From the sequence record SRR31156797_22474: a DNA stretch of 33,481 bases; one strand, 5' to 3'. Shown here piece by piece: positions 1 to 10,200 of this stretch. The notes below the pieces were generated by a model that saw only the letters and a list, made by a program, of their open reading frames with translations, had not been told where the DNA came from and searched no databases. The stretch's first letter is position 1; every line of letters begins with the position of its first letter. A program made the translations under genes and the position numbers.

Positions 1-66
1 GTCAGTAGCGGGGGTAAGACATACCTGACGATTGATGAGTGGCAACATAACCACCCTAACTTATAG
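1..66 (+). CDS. probable 3' end of an upstream gene (partial, VSSGGKTYLTIDEWQHNHPNL*)
   Basis: Frame 1 is open from base 1 to TAG at 64-66 and is followed directly by a terminator hairpin; product unrecognisable. Confidence 0.4.
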   Translation, partial: VSSGGKTYLTIDEWQHNHPNL

Positions 67-70
67 AACA

Positions 71-96
71 ATGGCTTCCAAACGGGAGCCGTTTTT
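71..96 (+). terminator. intrinsic terminator
   Basis: ATGGCTTCC-AAAC-GGGAGCCGT stem (with G:U pairs) followed by a T run. Confidence 0.7.
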
Positions 97-210
97 ACAT
101 CAGAGTCCATCGCTGTCTTGTTGGATGTTAAAAGCAAGTGTTGCACCAAAAGTAGGTTAATGAGATAAACGGTGCATAGAGTTTGATATCATCTGACGGA
201 GGGAGAAAAG

Positions 211-696
211 ATGGTGACTCAGGGAAAATTGTTCTTTTTCTGTGGCAAGATGGGCGCGGGAAAATCGACCCAATCACACAGTGTCTCTACCCAACACAAT
301 GCCGTATTGATCTCTGAAGATGAGTGGTTATCGGCCCATTTTCCTAGCCAAATCCAAACATTTGATGATTACATTAAATACTCTAGCTTGATCAAACCCT
401 TCGTTAAACAGCATGTGCAACGTATTTTGAGTACAGGTGCGAATGTTGTTATGGATTTCCCCGCCAATACTATTCGTCAACGCCAATGGTTTTTATCTCT
501 ATGCCTTGAACAAGGTTGTGACCATGAGCTTCTGTATCTCAATGTAAGTGATGAGCAGTGTTTGTCCCATTTAGACAATCGCCGCAAGGAGCAACCACAA
601 CGGGCCCATTTCGATACAGCAGAAGTATTTCACCACGTCACTCAGTACTTTGAGCCTCCTAGCGTTAAGGAAGGTTTAAATTTAACCCAAGTCTAA
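211..696 (+). CDS. P-loop ATP-binding protein / predicted small-molecule kinase (AAA_33-like)
   Basis: N-terminal Walker A GKMGAGKS, 'ISEDEW' and 'VVMDF' motifs typical of small nucleoside-kinase-fold proteins; GAGGGAG RBS. Confidence 0.75.
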   Translation: MVTQGKLFFFCGKMGAGKSTQSHSVSTQHNAVLISEDEWLSAHFPSQIQTFDDYIKYSSLIKPFVKQHVQRILSTGANVVMDFPANTIRQRQWFLSLCLEQGCDHELLYLNVSDEQCLSHLDNRRKEQPQRAHFDTAEVFHHVTQYFEPPSVKEGLNLTQV

Positions 697-705
697 GGAA
701 AGCAT

Positions 706-1158
706 GTGAACATCAAAGTGGTATCGGTAGAAAAGGATAAGCATTCTACTCAGTTTAATCAGTTATTTGCAGAATATGCATCTGACCTTAGTCGGGACAT
801 TAGGGCGGCTTCGCTCTCCCAACTATTTGAACTGCCGTACTTTCATGGGTTTATCTGTTTCGTGGATAACCAGCCTGCAGCTTGTGCCGTCTGTTATGAG
901 TCTTTTTCAACTTATCGGGCAATGAAAATGCTCAATATTCACGATTTTATGGTGTCAGGGCATTACCGTGGACAAGGATTAGGAAAAGTTTTATTGCAAA
1001 GCATTGAGCAATATTGCATCGAAAATGGCTATCTGAAAATTACCTTAGAAGTGAGCGAGGCGAATTCGGTGGCGCAAAAACTTTATCACTCTTGTGGATT
1101 TCAAGATTACCAAGTAGAACAACAAGGCTTACTGCACTGGCAAAAATACCTCAGGTAA
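706..1158 (+). CDS. GNAT family N-acetyltransferase
   Basis: Acetyl-CoA motif V..HYRGQGLG and 'LEV...NSVAQKLY..CGF'; GTG start with AAGGA RBS. Confidence 0.9.
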   Translation: MNIKVVSVEKDKHSTQFNQLFAEYASDLSRDIRAASLSQLFELPYFHGFICFVDNQPAACAVCYESFSTYRAMKMLNIHDFMVSGHYRGQGLGKVLLQSIEQYCIENGYLKITLEVSEANSVAQKLYHSCGFQDYQVEQQGLLHWQKYLR

Positions 1159-1226
1159 TTGGTATCATCACACAATGATGCTTTCAAACCTCATTAAAAA
1201 ATTAAAACAAACATTAGGAAGTAAAC

Positions 1227-1544
1227 ATGTCACTCATCGCGCAAACACCAGCCCCTCCATATTATGCTGTTATTTTTACTTCTACCCGAACTGACGTAGA
1301 TAACAGCTATAATCAAGTGGCGCAAAGAATGGTCGAGTTGGCCCAGCAACAATCGGGTTTTTTGGGAATAGAATCCGCGAGACAAGAGGTTGGCATTACG
1401 GTCTCGTATTGGGCGGATGTTGAATCCATTAAATGCTGGAAAGCGAACGTGGAACATATCGAGGCTCAAAACTCGGGTCGCAAAGAGTGGTACGACAGTT
1501 TTAAAGTTCGTATTTCCCTTGTTGAACGCGATTACGGCTTGTAG
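1227..1544 (+). CDS. antibiotic biosynthesis monooxygenase (ABM) family protein
   Basis: 'TPAPPYYAVIFTS', 'GFLGIESAR', 'GITVSYW', 'H..AQ..G' pattern of YqjZ-like ABM proteins; TAGGA RBS. Confidence 0.85.
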   Translation: MSLIAQTPAPPYYAVIFTSTRTDVDNSYNQVAQRMVELAQQQSGFLGIESARQEVGITVSYWADVESIKCWKANVEHIEAQNSGRKEWYDSFKVRISLVERDYGL

Positions 1545-1563
1545 TCGATTTTAAGTTTGAGCG

Positions 1564-1593
1564 TCCCAACATGTGTTCCCTAACATGTTGGGA
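1564..1593. terminator. stem-loop between convergent genes (probable terminator or mRNA 3' end protector)
   Basis: Perfect 11-bp inverted repeat TCCCAACATGT / ACATGTTGGGA; no clear U-tract. Confidence 0.55.
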
Positions 1594-1620
1594 TTGCTAC
1601 TCTGCTGGCAAATTGTCGGA

Positions 1621-2991
1621 TTAAGTCGTGACTTCTTTCTGCTTCACTTGCTCCGTTTCTTGTTCGTTCTGCTGCTCTTCGTCGGTCGGTTGATCTTTTT
1701 CCTCAGACTCTTGTTCTTCCGTCTCTTCTTCATCAGAAGGCGTCATGTGCTCTTGAACCAACTCAACGTCAACCCTCGGGTCAAGAGCTGTTGCCAGCGG
1801 CGATGAAACCAAGTCACCGGTTGCCATAATGTAATCTTCCGTATCCGGAACTTCGTCTTTCTGTTTTGTGTTGATGTACTGCAACAAGACAAACATGATA
1901 ATGCTGCACAGTGCCATAAAACCATAGAGCATGTTATTACCAAACCATTGCATGATTGAGGATGCAATCAGAGGCCCGATACTTGAACCGATTCCCAGCG
2001 TTAACAGCAAGCTGGCGGATAGCCCGACTCGTTCGCTGTGCTCAATCCTCGAGTTGGCCAGCGCTGATGCCAGTGGGTAGAGAGTAAATCCCAGAATACC
2101 GAACAGAAACGTCAGTCCTAAAGCGATATACGGATGGTAGGGAATAAAGGCAATGCCGAGTGTTACGGCTCCTAGAATGGCGCAGTTAATACGTATAAGA
2201 CCACTACGAGAAACCACATCAGACAATTTACCCATCGGCCACTGAGCGAGTAGGCCTGCAAAAATAGTGATTGTCATGTAGGTAGCGACTTGTTCTGGTT
2301 GTAAACCCAGATTACTCGCATAGGCCGGGGCTAAACCGTAAAACGAACCCACAATCATACTGCTTAACGCGACGGTAGTGAGCGCGAATGGTGCTTTTTT
2401 CCAGTAATAAGTGACGCGTAGAGGGGCAGGAACCAGAGGGTCAGGGTGAATACGTCGGGTGAGTGCAATAGGCACGATACACAGAGCGAAACACATCGCG
2501 ATAAGTAATAAGGGCTCTAATCCTAAATCTGGGTAAATGCTGATTGCGCCTTGCCCCAAAATCAAAGCAAAGTAAGTGACGATCATGTAGCTGGCAAATA
2601 CGGTTCCTCGCTGGCTATTGTCTGCTTGCTCGTTGAGCCAGCTTTCCAACACCATGAACTGGCACATCATTCCGATACCAACGATAAAGCGTAGTGCTAT
2701 CCATATCGACAGTTGGTCAACCAATGCATGACCCAACGCCGATGCGGTGACCAGTCCTGCACTGGCAACAAAAGCCCGAATATGTCCTACTTGAGCAATT
2801 AACTTATGGCCAATTTTAGAACCTGCGACTAGCCCTAAATAGTAAGCAGACATCATTCCACCAATCCAAATTTGCGGCACTGCCATTGCCGATAGCTTTA
2901 GGCCTAAATAAGTGGTGAGTAAGCCACTGGCTAGAACGGTAAGAAGTGTGGTGAAAAATAGGGCTGTGAAAGTACGCAGTGCGTTGGTCAT
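1621..2991 (-). CDS. MFS transporter (YcaD-like) with acidic C-terminal tail
   Basis: About 12 hydrophobic segments, 'WPMGKLSDVVSR' MFS loop motif, 'ESWLN' and 'RGTVFASY'; AAGGAG RBS. Confidence 0.9.
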   Translation of the reverse strand: MTNALRTFTALFFTTLLTVLASGLLTTYLGLKLSAMAVPQIWIGGMMSAYYLGLVAGSKIGHKLIAQVGHIRAFVASAGLVTASALGHALVDQLSIWIALRFIVGIGMMCQFMVLESWLNEQADNSQRGTVFASYMIVTYFALILGQGAISIYPDLGLEPLLLIAMCFALCIVPIALTRRIHPDPLVPAPLRVTYYWKKAPFALTTVALSSMIVGSFYGLAPAYASNLGLQPEQVATYMTITIFAGLLAQWPMGKLSDVVSRSGLIRINCAILGAVTLGIAFIPYHPYIALGLTFLFGILGFTLYPLASALANSRIEHSERVGLSASLLLTLGIGSSIGPLIASSIMQWFGNNMLYGFMALCSIIMFVLLQYINTKQKDEVPDTEDYIMATGDLVSSPLATALDPRVDVELVQEHMTPSDEEETEEQESEEKDQPTDEEQQNEQETEQVKQKEVTT

Positions 2992-3164
2992 TCAATACTC
3001 CTTGTTAAATGGCAAGGTGATTGGGTTTGCGGTCACTCAATAGATATGATGCAGAAAATTTGTGCAGCTTGAATGGATGAGTCTAGCTTTTATTGTTGCT
3101 AAATCAAACGGCTGAACGAAAAACGCTATCGCAGAAGGGAGATTTGATAATAAAAAGTAGAATT

Positions 3165-3188
3165 GCCTGCGCTCGGTAAAACGCAGGC
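3165..3188 (-). terminator. probable terminator downstream of the chemoreceptor gene
   Basis: GCCTGCG / CGCAGGC inverted repeat 10 nt after the stop; the T run follows a short spacer on the minus strand. Confidence 0.5.
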
Positions 3189-3198
3189 TAAATCGTGC

Positions 3199-4512
3199 CT
3201 AAAGCTTTTGATTGAACTGGCTTACAGCATCTAAAACTTTTATCGCACCTTGTTGAACGGATTCCATCACTTGTCCAGCTTGAGTCGACAGTTCTAATGT
3301 CTCTCCCGCTTGGGACTGACATTGAGTAATGATCTCTACCGCTTTTGAGGTTCTTTGCAAGTTCTCAGAGACAACAGTAGCGATTTCCTCTGTTGTGGTA
3401 TTGGTTCTTGAGGCTAATTGTCTTACCTCATCAGCCACAACCGCAAAGCCCCGTCCTTGTTCTCCGGCGCGTGCGGCTTCTATCGCGGCATTGAGTGCGA
3501 GTAGATTGGTTTGATCGGCAATGCCGCTAATACTGCCAACAAGGTCTTCGATTTTCTTAGAGTGTTCGTTCAGTGCTTCTATGTCAGAGCTTGCTTGTTT
3601 CATCTGCTGAACGAGAGCTTCCATTCGGTCAATAATAGACGTGACGACATGCTGACCTTGTGTTGTTTGTTCTCCAGTTTCCTCTGAAACGCTGAAGGCG
3701 ATCTGAGCTGCTTCTGCGACGGCGATTTCTCGATTAACTTGGTCGGTTACTACGGTGGCGAACTTTACTACCTTGTACAACTCGTCTAAATCATTGTGGA
3801 TTGGGTTGTAAGACGCCTCAAGCCAAACCACCTGGCCATAGCTGTCAATACGTTTAAAACGTTCGGAGACAAACTGACCTCGGCCAAGTTTTTTCCAAAA
3901 TTCTTCATAGGCAGGCGAATTTACCTCTTCCGGATCGCAGAATATCCGGTGATGTTTTCCAACGATTTGCTCACTGCTGTATCCCATGGTACGTAAGAAG
4001 TTATCATTGGCGCGAAGAATGGTACCATCGAGTGAGAACTCGATGACGGCTGTTGAGCGATTGAGTGCTTTCAGCATATCTTCATGCTCTCGAGACACTG
4101 AAATTGTACGGGTTAGCTCTGAAGCAAAGACAGCGAACCTGAGTAGCTCTTGTTTGTTGTTGAAGATAGGTTGAAGAATGATGCGTAACCAAGCTTCTTT
4201 GCCATTTCCTTTATCGATTTGTACCGCTCCATTCCAGTGTTTTTTCTGTGCGACGGCGTTTTTTAAACTTTCGAAATGACGAGTGTTACGTGCTTTTTTA
4301 GGGACAAGCTCGGTAAACACAGTGTCTGCGATTTGGGATAATGAAATGTCGAGCTCTTTCTCAAAGTTAGCGTTGACCGATGTGATTTTCCCGTTTGGGT
4401 TTAAGGTCAGCCTGATCATGTCTGTATCAAGGCTTTCACCAATTTGCTGTAGCGAGTACAACTCATTCTTTAACTGCTGGTTTTCTTTTTGAAGTGACTT
4501 GTTAAAAAACAT
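3199..4512 (-). CDS. soluble PAS-PAS methyl-accepting chemotaxis protein (BdlA-like)
   Basis: Two PAS/PAC regions ('[17 protein letters not shown]...WLEASYNPI') and the MCP hairpin '[37 protein letters not shown]'; no TM segments. Confidence 0.92.
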   Translation of the reverse strand: MFFNKSLQKENQQLKNELYSLQQIGESLDTDMIRLTLNPNGKITSVNANFEKELDISLSQIADTVFTELVPKKARNTRHFESLKNAVAQKKHWNGAVQIDKGNGKEAWLRIILQPIFNNKQELLRFAVFASELTRTISVSREHEDMLKALNRSTAVIEFSLDGTILRANDNFLRTMGYSSEQIVGKHHRIFCDPEEVNSPAYEEFWKKLGRGQFVSERFKRIDSYGQVVWLEASYNPIHNDLDELYKVVKFATVVTDQVNREIAVAEAAQIAFSVSEETGEQTTQGQHVVTSIIDRMEALVQQMKQASSDIEALNEHSKKIEDLVGSISGIADQTNLLALNAAIEAARAGEQGRGFAVVADEVRQLASRTNTTTEEIATVVSENLQRTSKAVEIITQCQSQAGETLELSTQAGQVMESVQQGAIKVLDAVSQFNQKL

Positions 4513-4703
4513 AATGACCCTTGATGTTGGTATATCGCTCTGCTGGCGTTTAACACTAATTATGGCATTTATTATCCGTTTTATTTATTTTTATCACACT
4601 AAAGCATTAATGATGCAAATAAATTCATGAAATATTTAAGTAAAAATGTATAACAGCAGTCGTTGAGACCGAAATCTGAAGTCGTTAGTCAAAAGGAAAA
4701 AGC

Positions 4704-5456
4704 ATGAGTAAGCAGAAAGTGGTGATTGTTACGGGAGGTGGACGTGGGATTGGTGCAGCCACCGCGAGATTGTTTGCTCAGCATGGTTATGCCGTCTGTA
4801 TTAATTATAAATCGAACTCAACGGCCGCTTTAAATTTGGTTAGAGAACTAGAGCAATTGGGAACTCAATGTATCGCTGTTCAAGCCGATGTTTCACAGCA
4901 AGAGGATGCGATTCGTTTGTTTGAAACGGTTGATAAAGAGCTTGGTGGTGTATCGGTTCTGGTGAACAATGCTGGGATTTTGAAAAAACAGATGCGTTTG
5001 GATGAGATGGATGCCGAAAGAATTAATGCAGTACTGACCAATAATGTGACCAGTTACTTTTTATGTAGCCGAGAAGCGGTTAAGCGCATGTCTACTCGCT
5101 TTGGTGGCCACGGTGGCGTGATAGTAAATGTTTCTTCTGGTGCATCGCGTTCTGGTTCTCCAAACGAATATATCGACTATGCGGCATCAAAAGGTGCGAT
5201 TGATACATTAACTTTGGGTTTAGCTAAAGAGGTCGCTGACGAGGGTATTCGAGTAAACTGTGTACGCCCAGGTTTAATTTATACTGATATGCATGCCGAA
5301 GGTGGTGAACCTGCCAGAGTCGACCGACTAAAAGCCAAAATTCCGATGCAGCGCGGTGGAACTCCGCAAGAGGTTGCAGAAGCTATTTATTGGCTCGCTT
5401 CTGAGCAGTCATCGTTTTCAACGGGCACGTTCATTGATACTACGGGTGGGTTATAA
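4704..5456 (+). CDS. SDR family NAD(P)-dependent oxidoreductase (YgfF-like)
   Basis: TGGGRGIG, NNAG and catalytic YxxxK (YAASK); AAAGGA RBS. Confidence 0.92.
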   Translation: MSKQKVVIVTGGGRGIGAATARLFAQHGYAVCINYKSNSTAALNLVRELEQLGTQCIAVQADVSQQEDAIRLFETVDKELGGVSVLVNNAGILKKQMRLDEMDAERINAVLTNNVTSYFLCSREAVKRMSTRFGGHGGVIVNVSSGASRSGSPNEYIDYAASKGAIDTLTLGLAKEVADEGIRVNCVRPGLIYTDMHAEGGEPARVDRLKAKIPMQRGGTPQEVAEAIYWLASEQSSFSTGTFIDTTGGL

Positions 5457-5499
5457 CTCACTTTATTTCAAGAAGAATTGCTATTTAGAATTTATGAAG

Positions 5500-5531
5500 A
5501 AGGCTACTCATTGAACTGAGTAGCCTTTTTT
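5500..5531 (+). terminator. intrinsic terminator (possibly bidirectional)
   Basis: AAGGCTACTCA-TTGAAC-TGAGTAGCCTT followed by T's, between the convergent SDR gene and the copper operon. Confidence 0.85.
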
Positions 5532-5614
5532 CGGGTCCGATTAAACATGCTTAGAATAGCGTTGTGAGGCTATGATTTACAATGTAAATGCCTTTTATCA
5601 ATTGCTCTCAAAGC

Positions 5615-6055
5615 TTAATATTTTTTGTATAAACTCATTTTGCCCGACTGGTCAAACGCAATCACGTTGAAATCTTTGTATGGTTGGTTTGGTGCCGCCA
5701 TCCCAGGAGAGTGTTGAGGCATCCCCGGTGCAGCTAAACCTGAAACATTGTTTGGTCTTTCACTTAGTAGGCGTGCGATATCTTCTTCGGGTACGTGCCC
5801 CTCTACCATATAGCCGTCAATCACCGCAGTATGACAGGACATCAACTGGTTAGGCATACCAAACTGTTTCTTCACTGAACTCCAGTCTTTCTGATGGTGG
5901 ATATTCACCTCGTAGCCTTTGTCTTCCATGATCGCTGCCCACTCTTTACAGCAACCACAGGTTGGCGATTTGTACAGTTCTATTGTTGGCTTCGCAAATG
6001 CTGAAAAGCTTAATGTTAGTGCCGAAAGTGTTATCGCTTTTATCAAGTGTTTCAT
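5615..6055 (-). CDS. copG: DUF411 / CopG-like periplasmic copper oxidoreductase
   Basis: Signal peptide (AFA|K), YKSPTCGCC..W, SCHTA, EGHVP and GLAAPGMP.HSPGM motifs; last gene of the Cu operon. Confidence 0.85.
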   Translation of the reverse strand: MKHLIKAITLSALTLSFSAFAKPTIELYKSPTCGCCKEWAAIMEDKGYEVNIHHQKDWSSVKKQFGMPNQLMSCHTAVIDGYMVEGHVPEEDIARLLSERPNNVSGLAAPGMPQHSPGMAAPNQPYKDFNVIAFDQSGKMSLYKKY

Positions 6056-6080
6056 TCATCATTCCTCTTGCGCGAAAGTA

Positions 6081-6641
6081 TCACTTCACATCAATGGTTA
6101 AGTGACTTTGATTATAGTTAAGTTTAATGACCCCTATATCCGGGGTCCATTCCAGTGCTTTAGTTTCGTAAGGACTCAGCTGTATAGATTGTTCGGTAAT
6201 GGATTTTGGTAGGTTGAGATCAATGGCCTCGAATGTCTTATTAAACAACACCAGTTGAGTCGGTTTGTCGAGTTCAACTGAGACACTGGAATCCAAAGGT
6301 TTATCTTCGATAGTCCACTCGACCAGATGGACCTTTCCTAAGGTTTGTAAATAAAGAGCTAAGTTCTTTTTGTCACCGTTAGAAAGTGCGCTGGCTAAAA
6401 GCATCATGGTTGGCTCGGTAGCGAGGCTATGATTGATGTCCTCGAGTGTCTTACCTCTAATGTTTCCTCCCACATTGCCAGCACCATTAGCAAATAACCC
6501 ATGACAAGCTGAGCAGCCATAACCACCCGCGGTTCGAAACAAGTGTTCGCCAGCCTCAAATGAGGGAGGCGTTTCGGCTTGAGCGACAAAGCTGGTTAAT
6601 GTGATCAAAGAGCAAATTAACGCATTATTTAAAACTTTCAT
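6081..6641 (-). CDS. periplasmic mono-heme c-type cytochrome with beta-rich C-terminal domain
   Basis: Signal peptide (AQA|E), single CxxCH (CSACH), candidate distal Met in 'PTMM'; GGAG RBS. Confidence 0.8.
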   Translation of the reverse strand: MKVLNNALICSLITLTSFVAQAETPPSFEAGEHLFRTAGGYGCSACHGLFANGAGNVGGNIRGKTLEDINHSLATEPTMMLLASALSNGDKKNLALYLQTLGKVHLVEWTIEDKPLDSSVSVELDKPTQLVLFNKTFEAIDLNLPKSITEQSIQLSPYETKALEWTPDIGVIKLNYNQSHLTIDVK

Positions 6642-6664
6642 GATGTCCGTTTGTTCTCCAACAA

Positions 6665-6690
6665 AGCCCCAAAGGAAGTTCTTTGGCGCT
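6665..6690 (-). terminator. intra-operon hairpin after copI (partial terminator or stabiliser)
   Basis: On the minus strand AGCGCCAAAG-AACTTC-CTTTGGGGCT followed by TTGTT. Confidence 0.45.
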
Positions 6691-6698
6691 GATTGAAC

Positions 6699-7262
6699 TT
6701 AAAGCGTAATTTTCTTAGTCATGCCCGCTTCTGCATGGCCGGGAATGTTGCAGGCAAACTCAACATTTTTGTCACCATGGAAGTGCCACAGCATTTGTTT
6801 CGCTTTTCCGGGTTCGACCGTGACAGTGTGCCCCATATCATGCATGTGCTGACCGTTCATATTTTTCATCATTTCACGGTGCATCAGTTGCTCTTCTTCA
6901 GAACCAATGGTGAACTCATGATCGATTTTGCCTGTATTCATCACCACAAACTGAACCACATCATCCGGCTCAATAGTGACCTCTTTCTTGAAGGTAATTT
7001 TCATATCGTCAGACAGAATGACATGTACGACTTTGTTTGGTTTAGCGCCATTAGCTGGCATACCGACATCAGACATGCCATCCATATTCATCATGTTGCC
7101 ATGATCCATATTGGTGTTGTCCATCATCATAGTGCCTGTAGACATTTGGCTGTGGTCCATATTGCTATGATCCATGTTGCTGTGATCCATGGCGTTGTTC
7201 ATCGCCGCGAAAGCGACGGAAGAGCTGATGGTTAACGCGATAGCTAATGTTAATTTTTTCAT
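6699..7262 (-). CDS. copI: CopI-like periplasmic cupredoxin with Met/His-rich N-terminus
   Basis: Signal peptide, (MDHSN)n repeats, type-1 Cu ligands HEF...C-x4-H-x4-M (CNIPGHAEAGM). Confidence 0.85.
   Translation of the reverse strand: MKKLTLAIALTISSSVAFAAMNNAMDHSNMDHSNMDHSQMSTGTMMMDNTNMDHGNMMNMDGMSDVGMPANGAKPNKVVHVILSDDMKITFKKEVTIEPDDVVQFVVMNTGKIDHEFTIGSEEEQLMHREMMKNMNGQHMHDMGHTVTVEPGKAKQMLWHFHGDKNVEFACNIPGHAEAGMTKKITL
7146..7190 (-). repeat. three imperfect 15-bp tandem repeats encoding MDHSN/MDHSQ
   Basis: ATGGATCACAGCAAC ATGGATCATAGCAAT ATGGACCACAGCCAA on the minus strand. Confidence 0.8.
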
Positions 7263-7280
7263 GTTTGTTTCCTCAATAAA

Positions 7281-10200
7281 TTATTGGGTTTCACGCTGTT
7301 TCCACAGCTTGAAGATTGCCGGTATAACGAGCAAAGTCAGTAGTAAGGCAGACGCCATGCCACCAATCATAGGAGCGGCGATGCGTTGCATGATTTGTGA
7401 ACCAGTACCATGGCCATACATGATTGGGATTAAGCCAATGATGACGGTAATAACAGTCATCATGACAGGACGAACACGCAGTCCGGCACCCTCGCGAATA
7501 GCGTTGTTTAAATCATCTTTAGTAATCGGAACACTTTGTTCCTGAGCTTTGAGTTTGGTGTAGTGCCATGCCTGATTGAGATAAACCAGCATGATGACGC
7601 CTATCTCCACCGCCACACCGGAGAGGGCGATAAAGCCTACGCCTACCGCGATGGATAAGTTGTAGTTGAGTGAATACATCAGCCACAGGCCACCTACCAT
7701 CGCTAATGGTAGCGTTGCCATGATGATCAGCACTTCACCGATACGACGGAAGCTGAAGTAGAGAAGCAGAGTGATGATGGTTAGCGTGATTGGAATGACC
7801 ACACTCAGGCGTGCTTTCGCGCGTTCCATATATTCGTATTGCCCAGACCATGCTAACGAGTAACCGGCAGGCAGTTTGAGCTCATCAGCCACTCTTTTTT
7901 GCGCTTCAGTGACATAAGAGCCGAGATCTCTGCCATCGATGTCGACAAACACCCAGCCGTTAGGACGAGCATTCTCAGTCTTGATCATTGGAGGACCGTC
8001 TTCGTAGCGAATATCGGCCACATCCGCCAATGCAATGCGAGCACCGTTGGGTGTAACTAACGGCAAGTTCTGCAATTTCACTACCGAATCGCGGTAGTCT
8101 TGTGGGTAGCGAACATTAATCGGGTAGCGTTCTAGCCCTTCAATGGTTTCTCCGACATTCATACCGCCAACCGCGGTTGAAACCACTTGTTGGACATCTT
8201 TGATATTCAGTCCGTATCGAGCTGCCGCTTTACGTTTGATATCGACGGTTACGTATCGGCCGCCTGCTACGCGTTCTGCGTAAACTGAAGCAGTGCCTTC
8301 TATTTGGTTGAGAATCGGTTCTAGTTGTGAACCAATGCGTTCAATGGTTTTCAAATCTGGCCCGACGATTTTGATACCAATCGGTGTTTTGATACCGGTT
8401 GCCAACATATCTATACGGGTTTTGATTGGCATTACCCAAGCGTTTGTTAGCCCCGGGAACTGGATTAAACGGTCAAACTCTTTACGTAGTGATTCGCTGG
8501 TAACGCCTTCTCGCCACTCTTCACGCGGTTTAAGCTGAATGACAGTTTCGATCATCGTTAGTGGTGCTGGGTCGGTTGCGGTTTCTGCACGTCCCACTTT
8601 GCCCCAGACGGTTTCCACCTCCGGTACGGTTTTGATTAGCTTGTTGGTTTGTTGCAGTAGCTCACGCGCTTTACCGATTGAGATTCCTGGGTAGGTAGTC
8701 GGCATATACATTAAATCGCCTTCATCCAACGGTGGGATAAATTCGCTACCCAGTTTACTGGTTGGGTAATACGCTGAAGCCATAAGCGCGATAGCTAAAA
8801 CCAGTATCGATTTAGGGTACTTGAGGCTCACATTCAGTAGCGGACGATAGAGCGCGACTAGCCCTTTGTTTACGGGGTTTTTATGTTCAGGCAGAATTTT
8901 TCCGCGAATGAAATAGCCCATGAGTACGGGAACTAATGTAATCGCTAAGCCTGCGGAAGCAGCCATGGCATAGGTTTTGGTAAACGCCAGCGGCGAGAAC
9001 ATTTTCCCTTCCTGACCTTCCAATGCGAACACCGGAACAAAGCTTAATGTGATGATAAGCAGCGAGAAAAACAGAGGAGGTCCCACTTCTTGAGCCGCGT
9101 CACCAATGACTTGCCAACGGTTTTTGTCGGTCAGAGGGGTTCGTTCAATGTGCTTATGCACATTTTCGATCATCACTATTGCACCATCGACCATGGCTCC
9201 TATGGCAATCGCGATGCCACCCAGCGACATGATGTTGGCGTTGATGCCTTGCCAGTGCATGATGATAAACGCTGATAAAATACCGACAGGTAAACTTAGA
9301 GCAATCACCAGCGATGAACGAATGTGGAACAGGAACAGTGCACAGACAATCGCAACAACAATGAACTCTTCCGCCAGCTTCTTCCATAAGTTATCAACCG
9401 CCGCGTTGATTAGGGTAGAGCGGTCGTAAGTTGGAACGATCTCAACGCCATTTGGTAAACCACGTTGCAGTTCTTCGAGTTTGGCTTTTACGTTGTCGAT
9501 AACCTGACTGGCGTTTTCACCAAAGCGCATCACAATCACGCCACCAACCGCTTCACCTTCACCGTTCAGTTCAGAGATACCACGACGCATTTGCGGGCCA
9601 AGGTTGATGTCTGCAATGTCACCGAGTAACAGCGGTGTTCCTTGGTTGGTGACTTTAAGTGGTAAAGACTCAATGTCTTCAATGCTCGTCAAATAGCCTG
9701 TGGTACGAACCATATGCTCGGCTTCTGCGACCTCAACCACCGACGCGCCCGTTTCCTGATTGCCGTTTTGAATCGCCATGTTGACTTGCTGAAGCGTCAG
9801 ATTGTAAGCGCGCAGTTTTGCCGGATCGATTTGAATTTGATATTGCTTAACCATGCCGCCGACCGTGGCGACTTCGGATACGCCATCAACGGTTTGCAGT
9901 TCGTATTTTAGAAACCAGTCCTGCAGGCTACGTAGCTGTGCTAAATCGTGCTGTCCGTTTTTGTCTTGCAGCACATAGCTGAACACCCAGCCTACGCCTG
10001 TCGCATCAGGGCCAAGAGTTGGTTTCGCATTTGCAGGCAGCTTTGGTGCGACTTGGCTAAGGTATTCCAGCACCCGTGAACGCGCCCAATACATATCGGT
10101 TTTATCATTGAAAATGATATAGACGTATGAGTCCCCAAAGAACGAATAGCCACGTACCGTTTCAGCTCCCGGAACCGCGAGCATGGCTGTCGTGAGCGGA

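Noticed and set aside
142-176. TGCACC ... GGTGCA inverted pair resembling NtrC half-sites
   Set aside because: The spacer is 23 bp rather than 5 bp and no sigma54 promoter was seen nearby.
704-709. ATG-TGA start-stop overlapping the GNAT GTG start
   Set aside because: Could dampen translation, but a 6-bp coincidence is not supportable without conservation data.
1573-1806. Hydrophobic Leu/Phe-rich 77-aa ORF
   Set aside because: Antisense shadow of the GAA-rich acidic MFS tail.
4513-4703. AT-rich divergent intergenic region as possible Fur/H-NS site
   Set aside because: No convincing consensus match; AT-richness is normal for promoter regions.
6693-7235. 180-aa His-rich ORF antisense to copI
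   Set aside because: Shadow of the Met-rich gene (ATG reads CAT on the other strand); no RBS or independent motif.
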